A stretch of DNA of 64,000 bases from Eledone cirrhosa (lineage: Eukaryota). Below, in pieces: positions 34,862 to 49,800 of this stretch. The notes under the pieces were generated by a model. The model was not told where the DNA came from, ran no database searches, and saw nothing but the letters and a program-made list of their open reading frames with translations. Location: positions 208,692,001 to 208,756,000 of the forward strand of contig OZ024740.1 in NCBI GenBank assembly GCA_964016885.1. The letters are read 5' to 3'. A program made the position numbers and the translations under genes. Within the stretch, counting starts at the first letter, position 1, and each line of letters opens with the position of its first letter.

Positions 34862-37800
34862 AATAACGGACCACCCTACAATAAAACGGGCACCCAAATA
34901 AAAAAATAGGGGCACCCAAAATAAAAACCGGGCACCCAAATAAAAAACGGGGCACCCAAATAATAAACGGGACACGCAAATAAAAAAACGGACCCCCCCA
35001 TAAAAAACGGGGCACCCATATAAAAAACGGGGCACCCAATAAAAAACAGGGCACCCAATAAAAAAAGGACCCCCTCCAATAAAAATCGGGGCACCCAAAT
35101 AAAAAACGGGGTATCCAAATAAAAAACGGGGCACCCAAAATAAAAACCGGGCACCCAAATAAAAAACAGGGCACCCAAATAATAAACGGGGCACCCAAAA
35201 TAAAATCCGGGTACCCAAATAAAAAACGGGACACCCATATAAAAAACGGGGCACCCAATAAGAAACGGGGTACCCAATAAAAAACGGACCCCCTCCAATA
35301 AAAAACGGGGCACCCAAATAAAAAGCGGGGCACCCAACTAAAAAAACGCCCACCCCGTAGAAAACGAACCCCCCTAAAAAAACGGGGCACTAAAAAAAAA
35401 TCGATCCTAATAAAAAACAGGGCACCCAAATAAAAACAGGGCACCCATATAAAAAACGGACCCCCCAATAAAAAACGGGCTCCCAAATAAATAAACGGGG
35501 CATCCAAGTATAAAACGGGGTACCCAAATAAAAAACACCTCTTCTGTATAAAACGGGCTCCCCTAAAAAATCGGGGCACCCAATAAAAAACGGATCCCCC
35601 TCCAATAAAATACGGAGTCCCAAAGAAAAAAGGAGGCACCCATATAAGAAACGGGGCACCCAAATAAAAAACGGGACGCCCAAATAAAAAAACGGGGCAC
35701 CCAAATAAAACACGGGGCACCCAAATAAAAAAACGGGGCACCCAAATAAAAAACGGGGCACCCATATATAAAACGGACCCCCCAATAAAAAGGGCACCCA
35801 AATAAAAAACGGAACCCCCCCAATAAAAAACGGGCACCCAAATAAAAAACGGGGCACCCAAATAAAAAAACGAACCCCCGAATAAAAAACGGGCACCCAA
35901 ATAAAAAAACGGGCACCCAAATAAAAAAACAGGGCACCCAAATAAAAAACGGGGACCCAAATAAAAAACGGGGCACCAAAATAAAAAACGGACCCCCGAA
36001 TAAAAAACGGGCACCCAAATAAAAAAACGGGCACCCAAATAAAAAAACGGGGCACCCAAATAAAAAACGGGGACCCAAATAAAAAACGGGGCACCAAAAT
36101 AACAAACGGACCCCCGAATAAAAAACGGGCACCCAAATAAAAAACGGGGTACGCAAATAAAAAACGGGGCACCAAAATCAAAAGACGGGGCACCCAAATA
36201 AAAAACGGACCCCTCTCCAATAAAAAACGGCCACCAAAAGAAAAAACGGGGCACCCAAATAAAAAAACGAGGCACCCAAATAAAAAACGGAGCACGCAGA
36301 TAAAAACGGGCACCCAATTATAAAACGGGGCACACAAATAAAATACGCCTCTCCCGTAGAAAACGGGCCCCCCTAAATAACGGGCACCCAAATAAAAAAC
36401 AGGGCACCGAAATAAAAAAATCGAGCACCCAAATAAAAAAAGTGGCCACCCAAAATAAAAAAAACGGGCGCCCAAATAAAAAACGGGACACCCAAATAAA
36501 AATACGGGGCACCCAAATAAAAAAACGGACCCCACATAAGAAACAGGTACCCAAATAAATAACGGGGCACCCAAATAAAATGCGGGGCATCCAAATAAAA
36601 AAGAGACCCACTCAAATAAAAAAAACGGGGCACCCAAATAAAAACGGGGCACCCATATAAAAAACGGGTCACCCAAATAAAAAAACAGGCCACCCAAATA
36701 ATAAACGGGGCACCCAATAAAAAACGGGGCACCCAAATAAAAATCGGGGCTCCAAAATAAAAAAACGGACCCCGAATAAAAAACGGGCACCAAAATAAAA
36801 AAACGGGGTACCCAAAATAAAAAACGGGGCACCCAAATAAAAAGACAGGGCACCCAAATAAAAAACGGGGCACCCATAAAAAACGGACCCCTCTCCAATA
36901 AAAAACGGCCACCAAAAGAAAAAACGGGGCACCCAAATAAAAAAAACGAGGCACCCAAATAAAAAACGGGGCACGCAAATAAAAAAACGGGGCACCCAAA
37001 TAAAACACGGGGCACTTAAATAAAAAAACGGGGCTCCCAAATAAAAAACGTGGCACCCAAATAAAAAACGGGGCACCCAAATATAAAACGGGGCACCCAA
37101 ATAAAATAAGCCTCTCCCGTAGAAAACGGCCCCCCTAAAAAAGGGGGCACCCAAATACCCCCCTAAAAACGGGCACCCAAATAAAAAACGGGGCACCCAA
37201 ATAAAAAACGGGGCACCCAAATAAAAAACGGGGCCATCAAATAAAAAACCGAGCAGCCAAATAAAAAAAGTGGCCACCCAAAATAAAAAAAACGGGCGCC
37301 CAAATAAAAAACGGGGCACCCAACTAAAAAAACGCCCCACCCCGTAGAAAACGAACCGCCCTAAAAAAACGGGGCACTAAAAAAAAATCGTTCCTAATAA
37401 AAAACAGGGCACCCAAATAAAAACAGGGCACCCATATAAAAAACGGACCCCCAATAAAAAACGGGCTCCCAAATAAATAAACGGGGCACCCAAGTATAAA
37501 ACGGGGTACCCAAATAAAAAACACCTCTTCCGTATAAAACGGGCTCCCCTAAAAAATCGGGGCACCCAATAAAAAACGGATCCCCCTCCAATAAAATACG
37601 GAATCCCAAAGAAAAAAGGAGGCACCCATATAAAAAACGGGGCACCCAAATAAAAAACGGGGCGCCCAAATAAAAAAACGGGGCACCCAAATAAAACACG
37701 GGGCACCCAAATAAAAAAACGGGGCACCCAAATAAAAAACGGGGCACCCATATAAAAAACGGGGCACCCCAATAAAAAAGGGCACCCAAATAAAAAACGG

Positions 37801-40800
37801 AACCACCCAATAAAAAACGGGCACCCAAATAAAAAACGGGGACCCAAATAAAAAACGGGGCACCAAAATAAAAAACGAACCTCCGAATAAAAACCGGGCA
37901 CCCAAATAAAAAAACGGGCACCCAAATAAAAAAACGGGGCACCCAAATAAAAAACGGGGACCCAAATAAAAAACGGAGCATCAAAATAAAAAACGGATCC
38001 CCGAATAAAAAACGGGCACCCAAATAAAAAAAAAACGGGCACCCAAATAAAATAACGGGCACCCAAATAAAAAACGGGGCACCAAAATAAAAAACGGACC
38101 CCCGAATAAAAAACGGGCACCCAAATAAAAAACGGGGGAAGCAAATAAAAAACGGGGCACCAAAATCAAAAGACGGGGCATCCAAATAAAAAACGGACCC
38201 CTCTCCAATAAAAAACGGCCACCAAAAGAAAAAACGGGGCACCCAAATAAAAAAACGAGGCACCCAAATAAAAAACGGAGCACGCAGATAAAAAAACGGG
38301 GCACCCAAATAAAACACGGGGCACTCAAATAAAAAAACGGGGCACCCAAATTAAAAACGTGGCACCCAAATAAAAAAACGGGGCACCCAAATAAAAAAAC
38401 GGGGCACCCAAATATAAAACGGGGCACCCAAATAAAATACGCCTCTCCCGTAGAAAACGGGCCCCCCTAAAAAACGGGGCACCCAAATACCCCCCTAAAT
38501 AACGGGCACCGAAATAAAAAAACCGAGCACCCAAATAAAAAAAGTGGTCACCCAAAATAAAAAAAACGGGCGCCCAAATAAAAAACGGGACACCCAAATA
38601 AAAAAACGGACCCCCCTTAAAAAACAGGGCACCCAATAAAAAACGGGCACCAAAATAAAAATACGGGGCACCCAAATAAAAAAACGGGGCACCCAAATAA
38701 AAAAACGGACCCCACATAAGAAACAGGCACCCAAATAAATAACGGGGCACCCAAATAAATTGCGGGGCATCTAAATAAAAAACAGACCGACTCAAATAAC
38801 AAAAAGGGGGCACCCAAATAAAAAGGTGCACCCAATAAAAAACGGGGCACCCAAATAAAAAACGGGCACCCAAATAAAAAACGGGGTACCCAAAATAAAA
38901 AACGGGGCACCCAAATAAAAAGACGGGGCACCCAAATAAAAAACGGGGCACCCATAAAAAACGGACCCCTCTCCAATAAAAAACGGGCACCCAATGATAA
39001 AAAATGAGGCACCCAAATAAAACACGGGGTACCCAAATAAAAAACGGGGCACCCATATAAAAAACGGACCCCCCAATAAAAAACAGGCACCCAAATAAAA
39101 AAACCGGCACCAAATAAAAAACCGAGCACCCAAATAAAAAAAGTGGTCACCCAAAATAAAAAAAACGGGCGCCCAAATAAAAAACGGGACACCCAAATAA
39201 AAAAACGGACCCCCCTTAAAAAACAGGGCACCCAATAAAAAACGGGCACCAAAATAAAAATACGGGGCACCCAAATAAAAAAACGGGGCACCCAAATAAA
39301 AAAACGGACCCCACATAAGAAACAGGCACCCAAATAAATAACGGGGCACCCAAATAAATTGCGGGGCATCTAAATAAAAAACAGACCGACTCAAATAACA
39401 AAAAGGGGGCACCCAAATAAAAAGGTGCACCCAATAAAAAACGGGGCACCCAAATAAAAAACGGGCACCCAAATAAAAAACGGGGTACCCAAAATAAAAA
39501 ACGGGGCACCCAAATAAAAAGACGGGGCACCCAAATAAAAAACGGGGCACCCATAAAAAACGGACCCCTCTCCAATAAAAAAGGGGCACCCAATGATAAA
39601 AAATGAGGCACCCAAATAAAACACGGGGTACCCAAATAAAAAACGGGGCACCCATATAAAAAACGGACCCCCCAATAAAAAACAGGCACCCAAATAAAAA
39701 AACCGGCACCAAATAAAAAACAGGGGCACCCAAATAAAAAACGGGGACCCAAATAAAAAACTGGGCACCCAAATAAAAAACGGGTTACCCTAGTAAAAAC
39801 GGGGCACCCAAATAAAAAGACGGGGCACCCAAATAAGAAAAGGGGCACGCAATGAAAAACGGAGCCTCTCCAATATAAAACGGGCACCCAAAGATATAAC
39901 GGGGCACCCATATAAAAAAATGAGGCACCCAAATAAAACACGGGGCACCCAAATAAAAAAACGGGGCACCCAAATAAAAAACGGGGCACACAAATAAAAA
40001 ACGGGGTACCCAAATAATAAACGAGACACACAATAAATAACGGACCCCCTTCAATAAAAAACGGGCACCCAAATAAAAAACGGAGCACCCAAATAAAAAA
40101 CGGAGCACCTAAATAATAAACGGGGCACCCAATAAATAACGGATCCCCTTCAATAAAAAACGGGCACCTAAATAAAAAACGGGGCACTCAAATAAAAAAA
40201 CGTGGCACCCAAATAAAAAAAACGGGGCACCCAAATAAAAAACCGACCACCCCCCATAAAAAACGGGGTACCCAAATAAAGAACGGGGCACCCAAATAAA
40301 AAACGGGGCACCCCAATAAAAAACGGGGCACCCAAATAAAAAAACGCCCCCTGAAGAAAACGAGCCCCGTAAAAAAACCGGGCACTCCCGTAAAAAAACC
40401 GACACCCATAAAAAACCGGCACCGAAATAAAAAACGGACCCTCCCAATAAAAAACGGGGCACCCAAATAAAAAAAGGGGGCAGCCAAAATAAAAAACGTG
40501 CACCCAAATAAAAAACAGGGCACCCAAATTAAAAACGGAGCACCCAAATAAAAAAACGGACGCCCCATAAAAAAACAGGGCACCCAAATAAAAACAGGGC
40601 ACCCATATAAAAAACGGACCTGCCAATAAAAAACGGGTACACAAATAAAAAACGGGACACCCAAATAAAAAAAAACGGACGCCACATAAGAAGTGGGCAC
40701 CCAAATAAAATACGGGACACCCAAATAAAAAACGGATCCCCCTCCAATAAATAACGGAACCCCCTCCAATAAAAAACGGGCACCTAAATAAAAAACGGGG

Positions 40801-43800
40801 CACCCAAATGAAAAACGGGCACCCAAATAAAAAACAGGCACCCAAATAAAAAACGGGCAACCAAATTAAAAACGGGACACCCAAATAAAAAAGCGGATCC
40901 CCCCATAAAAAAACAGGGAACCCAAATAAAAATAGGGCACCCATATAAAAAACTGACCTCCCAATAAAAAACGGGCACCCAAATAAAAAAACGGGACACC
41001 CAAATAAAAAAACGGACCCCACATAGAAACGGGCACCCGAATAAAAAAACGGGCCACCCAAATAAAAAACGTGGCATCTAAATAAAAAACAGACCCCCTC
41101 AAATAGAAAAAACGGGGCACCCAATAAAAAACGGGCACCCAAATAAAAAACGGGACACCCAAATAAAAAATGGGGCACCCAAATAAAAAACGGGACACCC
41201 AACTAACCCCCCCATAGAAAACGAGCCCCCCTAAAAAAACGGCGCACTAAAAAAAGCAACCGACCCCCCCATAAAAAACGGGCATCCAAATAAAAGCGGG
41301 GCACCCAAATACAAAACGGACCCATCAATAAGAAACGTGCACCCAAATAAAAAACGTGCACCCAAATAAAAAACGTGCACCCAAATAAAAAACGGGGCAC
41401 CCAAATAATAAACGGGGCACCCAATAAATAACGGACCCCCTCCAATAAAAAACGGGCACCCAAATAAAAAACGGGGCATCCAAATAAAAAATGGGGCACC
41501 CAAATAAAAAAACAGGGCACCCAAATAAAAAAGGGGGCACCCAAATAAGATACGGGGCACCCAAATAAAAAAACGGGGCACCCAAATGAAAAACGGGGCA
41601 CCCGAATTAAAAACGGGGCACCCATATAAAAAACGAGGCACACAAATAATAAACGGGGCACCCAATAAATAACGGAGCCTCTCCAATAAAAAACGGGCAC
41701 CTAAATAAAGAACGGGCACCCAAATAAAAAACCGGCCCCAAATAAAAAACGGACCATCCCAATAAAAAACGGGGCACCCAAATAAAAAAAGGGGGCACCA
41801 CAAATAAAAAACGTGCACCCAAATAAAAAACGTGGCACCCAAATAAAAAACGGTGCACCCAAATGAAAAAACGGGGCACCCAAATAAAAAAACGGGGCAC
41901 CCAAATAAAAAACGGGGCACCCAAATAAAAAATGCCCCCCGTAGAAAACGAGCCCCGTAAAAACCCGGGCACTCAAATAAAAGAACCGACCCCCCATAAA
42001 AAACGGGCACCCAAATAGAAAACGGGGCACCCAAATAAAAAACGGGGCACCCCAATAAAAAATCGGCCCCCAATTACAAAACAGACACTCCCAATAAAAT
42101 ACGGGGCACCCAAATAATAAACGGGCACCCAATAAATAACGGACCCCTCCAATAAAAAACGGGCCCCTAAATAAAAAACGGGGCACCCAAATAAAAAACC
42201 GGCACCCAAATAAAAAACGGAGCCTCCCAATAAAAAACGGGGCACTCAAATAAAAAAAGGGGGCACCCAGAATCAAAAACGTGCACCCAAATAAAAAACA
42301 GGGTACCCAAATTAAAAACGGGGCACCCAAATAAAAAAACGGGCCCCCCATAAAAAAACATGCCACCCAAATAAAAACAGGGCACCCATATAATAAACGG
42401 ACCTGCCAATAGAAAACGGGCACACAAATAAAAAAACGGGACACCCAAATAAAATAACGGACCCGACATAAGAAATGGGCACCCAAATAAAAAACGGGGC
42501 ACCCAAATAAAAAACGGGGCATCAAAATAAAAAACAGACCCCTCAAATAAAAAAACGGGGCACCCAATAAATAACGGACCCCCCTCCAATAAAAAACGGG
42601 CACCTAAATAAAAAACGGGGCACCCAAATAAAAAACGGGCACCCAAATTAAAAACGGGCACCCAAATAAAAACAGGGCACCCATATAAAAAACGGACCCC
42701 CAATAAAAAACGGGCTCCCAAATAAATAAACGGGGCACCCGAGTATAAAACGGGGTACCCAAATAAAAAACACCTCTTCCGTATAAAACGGGCTCCCCTA
42801 AAAAATCGGGGCACCAAATAAAAAACGGATCCCCCTCCAATAAAATACGGACTCCCAAAGAAAAAAGGAGGCACCCATATAAAAAACGGGGCACCCAAAT
42901 AAAAAACGGGGCGCCCAAATAAAAAAACGGGGCACCCAAATAAAACACGGGGCACCCAAATAAAAAAACGGGGCACCCAAATAAAAAACGGGGCACCCAT
43001 ATAAAAAACGGACCCCCCCAATAAAAAAGGGCACCCAAATAAAAAACGGAACCACCCAATAAAAAACGGGCACCCAAATAAAAAACGGGGCACCCAAATA
43101 AAAAACGGGGACCCAAATAAAAAACGGGGCACCAAAATAAAAAACGAATCTCCGAATAAAAAACGGGCACCCAAATAAAAAAACGGGCACCCAAATAAAA
43201 AAACGGGGCACCCAAATAAAAAACGGGGACCCAAATAAAAAACGGAGCATCAAAATAAAAAACGGATCCCCGAATAAAAAACGGGCACCCAAATAAAAAA
43301 CGGGGGAAGCAAATAAAAAACGGGGCACCAAAATCAAAAGACGGGGCATCCAAATAAAAAACGGACCCCTCTCCAATAAAAAACGGCCACCAAAAGAAAA
43401 AACGGGGCACCCAAATAAAAAAACGAGGCACCCAAATAAAAAACGGAGCACGCAGATAAAAAAACGGGGCACCCAAATAAAACACGGGGCACTCAAATAA
43501 AAAAACGGGGCACCCAAATTAAAAACGTGGCACCCAAATAAAAAAACGGGGCACCCAAATAAAAAACGGGGCACCCAAATATAAAACGGGGCACCCAAAT
43601 AAAATACGCCTCTCCCGTAGAAAACGGGCCCCCCTAAAAAACGGGGCACCCAAATAACCCCCTAAATAACGGGCACCGAAATAAAAAAACCGAGCACCCA
43701 AATAAAAAAAGTGGCCACCCAAAATAAAAAAACGGGCGCCCAAATAAAAAACGGACCCCCCTTAAAAAACAGGGCACCCAATAAAAAACGGGCACCAAAA

Positions 43801-46800
43801 TAAAAATACGGGGCACCCAAATAAAAAAACGGGGCACCCAAATAAAAAAACGGACCCCAATTAGAAACAGGCACCCAAATAAATAACGGGGCACCCAAAT
43901 AAATTGCGGGGCATCTAAATAAAAAACAGACCGCCTCAAATAACAAAAAGGGGGCACCCAAATAAAAAGGTGCACCCAATAAAAAACGGGGCACCCAAAT
44001 AAAAAACGGGCACCCAAATAAAAAACGGGGTACCCAAAATAAAAAACGGGGCACCCAAATAAAAAGACGGGGCACCCAAATAAAAAACGGGGCACCCATA
44101 AAAAACGGACCCCTCTCCAATAAAAAACGGGCACCCAATGATAAAAAATGAGGCACCCAAATAAAAAACGGGGCACCCATATAAAAAACGGACCCCCCAA
44201 TAAAAAACAGGCACCCAAATAAAAAAACGGGCACCAAATAAAAATCAGGGGCATCCAAATAAAAAAAGGGGACCCAAATAAAAAACCGGGCACCCAAATA
44301 AAAAACGGGTTACCCTAGTAAAAACGGGGCACCCAAATAAAAAGACGGGGCACCCAAATAAGAAAAGGGGCACGCAATGAAAAACGGAGCCTCTCCAATA
44401 TAAAACGGGCACCCAAAGATATAACGGGGCACCCATATAAAAAATGAGGCACCCAAATAAAACACGGGGCACCCAAATAAAAAAACGGGGCACCCAAATA
44501 AAAAACGGGGCACACAAATAAAAAACGGGGTACCCAAATAATAAACGAGACACACAATAAATAACGGACCCCCTTCAATAAAAAACGGGCACCCAAATAA
44601 AAAACGGAGCACCCAAATAAAAAACGGAGCACCTAAATAATAAACGGGGCACCCAATAAATAACGGATCCCCTTCAATAAAAAACGGGCACCTAAATAAA
44701 AAACGGGGCACTCAAATAAAAAAACGTGGCACCCAAATAAAAAAAACGGGGCACCCAAATAAAAAACCGACCACCCCCCATAAAAACGGGGTACCCAAAT
44801 AAAGAACGGGGCACCCAAATAAAAAACGGGGCACCCCAATAAAAAACGGGGCACCCAAATAAAAAAACGCCCCCTGAAGAAAACGAGCCCCGTAAAAAAA
44901 CCGGGCACTCCCGTAAAAAAACCGACACCCATAAAAAACCGGCACCGAAATAAAAAACGGACCCTCCCAATAAAAAACGGGGCACCCAAATAAAAAAAGG
45001 GGGCAGCCAAAATAAAAAAAGTGCACCCAAATAAAAAACACGGCACCCAAATTAAAAACGGAGCACCCAAATAAAAAAACGGACGCCCCATAAAAAAACA
45101 GGGCACCCAAATAAAAACAGGGCACCCATATAAAAAACGGACCTGCCAATAAAAAACGGGCACACAAATAAAAAACGGGACACCCAAATAAAAAAAAACG
45201 GACGCCACATAAGAAGTGGGCACCCAAATAAAATACGGGACACCCAAATAAAAAACGGATCCCCCTCCAATAAATAACGGATCCCCCTCCAATAAAAAAC
45301 GGGCACCTAAATAAAAAACGGGGCACTCAAATGAAAAACGGGCACCCAAATCAAAAACAGGCACCCAAATAAAAAACGGGCAACCAAATTAAAAACAGGA
45401 CACCCAAATTAAAAAGCGGATCCCCCCATAAAAAAACAGGGAACCCAAATAAAAATAGGGCACCCATATAAAAAACTGACCTCCCAATAAAAAACGGGCA
45501 CCCAAATAAAAAAACGGGACACCCAAATAAAAAAACGGACCCCACATAGAAACGGGCACCCGAATAAAAAAACGGGCCACCCAAATAAAAAACGTGGCAT
45601 CTAAATAAAAAACAGACCCCCTCAAATAGAAAAAACGGGGCACCCAATAAAAAACGGGCTCCCAAATAAAAAACGGGACACCCAAATAAAAAACGGGGCA
45701 CCCAAATAAAAAACGGGACACCCAACTAACCCCCCCATAGAAAACGAGCCCCCCTAAAAAAACGGCGCACTAAAAAAAGCAACCGACCCCCCCATAAAAA
45801 ACGGGCATCCAAATAAAAGCGGGGCACCCAAATACAAAACGGACCCACCAATAAAAAACGTGCACCCAAATAAAAAACGTGCACCCAAATAAAAAACGTG
45901 CACCCAAATAAAAAACGGGGCACCTAAATAATAAACGGGGCACCCAATAAATAACGGACCCCCTCCAATAAAAAACGGGCACCCAAATAAAAAACGGGGC
46001 ATCCAAATAAAAAATGGGGCACCCAAATAAAAGAACAGGGCACCCAAATAAAAAAGGGGGCACCCAAATAAGATACGGGGCACCCAAATAAAAAAACGGG
46101 GCACCCAAATGAAAAACGGGGCACCCAAATTAAAAACGGGGCACCCATATAAAAAACGAGGCACACAAATAATAAACGGGGCACCCAATAAATAACGGAC
46201 CCCCTCCAATAAAAAACGGGCACCTAAATAAAGAACGGGCACCCAAATAAAAAACCGGCCCCAAATAAAAAACGGACCCTCCCAATAAAAAACGGGGCAC
46301 CCAAATAAAAAACCGGTCCCCAAATAAAAAACGGACCCTCCCAATAAAAAACGGGGCACCCAAATAAAAAAAGGGGGCACCACAAATAAAAAAACGTGCA
46401 CCCAAATAAAAAACGTGGCACCCAAATAAAAAACGGTGCACCCAAATGAAAAAACGGGGCACCCAAATAAAAAAACGGGGCAACCAAATAAAAAACGGGG
46501 CACCCAAATAAAAAACGCCCCCCGTAGAAAACGAGCCCCGTAAAAACCCGGGCACTCAAATAAAAGAACCGACCCCCCATAAAAAACGGGCACCCAAATA
46601 AAAAACGGGGCACCCAAATAAAAAACGGGGCACCCCAATAAAAAATCGGCCCCCAATTACAAAACGGACACTCCCAATAAAATACGGGGCACCCAAATAA
46701 TAAACGGGCACCCAATAAATAACGGACTCCTCCAATAAAAAACGGGCCCCTAAATAAAAAACGGGGCACCCAAATAAAAAACCGGCACCCAAATACAAAA

Positions 46801-49800
46801 CGGAGCCTCCCAATAAAAAACGGGGCACTCAAATAAAAAAAGGGGGCACCCAGAATCAAAAACGTGCACCCAAATAAAAAACAGGGTACCCAAATTAAAA
46901 ACGGGGCACCCAAATAAAAAAACGGGCCTCCCATAAAAAAACATGCCACCCAAATAAAAACAGGGCACCCATATAATAAACGGACCTGCCAATAGAAAAC
47001 GGGCACACAAACAAAAAAACGGGACACCCAAATAAAATAACGGACCCGACATAAGAAATGGGCACCCAAATAAAAAACGGGGCACCCAAATAAAAAACGG
47101 GGCATCCAAATAAAAAACAGACCCCTCAAATAAAAAAACGGGGCACCCAATAAATAACGGACCCCCCTCCAATAAAAAACGGGCACCTAAATAAAAAACG
47201 GGGCACCCAAATAAAAAACGGGCACCCAAATAAAAAACGGGCAACCAAATAAAAAACGGGGCACCCAAATAAAAAAACGGATCCCCCCATAAAAAAATAA
47301 AAAAACAGGGAACCCAAATAAAAACAGGGCACCCATATAAAAAAAGAACCTCCCAATAAAAAACGGGCACCCAAATAAAAAAACGGGACACCCCAAACAA
47401 AAAAACGTACCCCACATAAGAAACGGGCACCCAAATAAAATAACGGGCCACCTAAATAAAAAACGGGGCATCTAAATAAAAAACAGACCCCCTCAAATAA
47501 AAAAAACGGGGCACCCAAATAAAAAACGGGACACCCAACTAAACCCCCCATAGAAAACGAGCCCCCCTAAAAAAACGGGGCACTAAAAAAAACAACCGAC
47601 CCCCCCATAAAAAACGGGCATCCAAATAAAAACGGGGTACCCAAATAAAAAGCGGGGCACCCAAATACAAAACGGACCCCCCAATAAAAAACGTGCACCC
47701 AAATAAAAAACTGACACCCAAATAAAAAACGGGGCACCCAAATAATAAACGGGGCACCCAACAAATAACGGACCACCCTCCAATAAAAACGGGCACCCAA
47801 ATAAAAAACGGGGCATCCAAATAAAAAATAGGGCACCCAAATAAAAAAACGGGGCACCCAAATAATAAACGGGGCACCCAATAAAAAACGGACCCCTCCA
47901 ATAAAAAACGGGCACCCAAATAAAAAACGGGGCACCCGAATAAAATACGGGCCACCCAAATAAAAAACGGGGCACCCAAATGAAAAACGGGGCACCCAAA
48001 TTAAAAACGGGGCACCCATATAAAAAACGAGGCACACAAATAATAAACGGGGCACCCAATAAATAACGGACCCCCTCCAATAAAAAACGGGCACCTAAAT
48101 AAAAAACGGGGCACCCAAATAAAAAACCAGCACCCAAATAAAAAACGGACCCTCCCAATAAAAAACGGGACACCCAAATAAAAAAAGGGGGCACCCAAAA
48201 TCAAAAACGTGCACCTAAATAAAAAACGGGGCGCCTAAATAAAAAACGGGGTACCCAAATAAAAAACGGGACACCCCAATAAAAAACCGTCACCCTAAAT
48301 AAAAAACGGGGCACCCAAATAAAATACGGGGCACCCAAATAATAGACGGGGCACCCAATAAATAACGGACACCCCTCCCATAAAAAACCAGCACCCAAAT
48401 CAAAAACGGACCCTCCCAATAAAAAACGGGCACCCAAATTAAAAACGGGGCACCCAAATAAAAAAACGGACCCCCCATAAAAAAACAGGGCACCCAAATA
48501 AAAACAGGGCACCCAAATAAAAACAGGGCACCCATATAAAAAACGGACCTCCCAATAAAAAACGTGCACCCAAATAAAAAACAGGGTACCCAAATTAAAA
48601 ACGGGGCACCCAAATAAAAAACGGACCCCCAATAAAAAAACATGCCACCCAAATAAAAACAGGGCACCCATATAAAAAACGGACCTGCCAATAGAAAACG
48701 GGCACACAAATAAAAAAACGGGACACCCAAATAAAATAACGGACCCGACATAAGAAATGGGCACCCAAATAAAAAAAGGAGGCACCCAAATAAAAAACGG
48801 GGCACCCAAATAAAAAACGGGCACCCAAATAAAAACGGGCACCCAAATAAAAAACGGGCAACCAAATTAAAAACGAGGCACCCAAATTAAAAAAAGGATC
48901 CCCCCATAAAAAAACAGGGAACCCAAATAAAAACAGGGAACCCATATAAAAAACGGACCTCCCAATAAAAAACCGGGCACTCAAATAAAAAAACGGGACA
49001 CCCAAATAAAAAAACGGACCCCACATAAGAAACGGGCACACAAATAAAAAAACGGGCCACCCAAATAAAAAACGGGGCATCTAAATAAAAAACAGACCAC
49101 CTAAAATAACAAAAACGGGGCACCCAAATAAAAAGGTGCACCCAAATAAAAAACGGGGCACCCAAATAAAAAACGGGGCCCCCTCCCATAAAAAACGGGC
49201 ACCCAAATAAAAAACGGGACACCCAAATAAAAAACGGGGCACCCAAATAATAAACGGGGCACCCAATAAATAACGGACCCCCCTCCAATAAAAAACGGGC
49301 ACCCAAATAAAATTCGGGGCACCCACATAATAAACGGGGCACCCAATAAATAACGGACCCCATCCAATTAAAAACGGGCACCCAAATAAAAAACGGGGCA
49401 TCCAAATCTGAAATGGGGCACCCAAATAAAAAAACGGGGCACCCAAATAATAAACGGGGCACCCAATAAAAAACGGACACCCCTCCAATAAAAAACGGGC
49501 ACCCAAATAAAAAACGGGGCACCCAAATAAAATACGGGGCACCCAAATAAAAAAGGGGGCACCCAAATGAAAAACGGGGCACCCAAATTAAACAGGGGGC
49601 ACCCATATAAAAAACGAGGCACACAAATAATAAATAATAAACAGGGCACCCAATAAATAACGGACACCTCCAATAAAAAACGGGCACCTAAATAAAAAGT
49701 GGGCCCCCAAATAAAAAACCGGCACCCAAATAAAAAACAGACCCTCCCAATATAAAACGGGACACCCAAATAAAAAAGGGGGCACCCAAAACAAAAAACG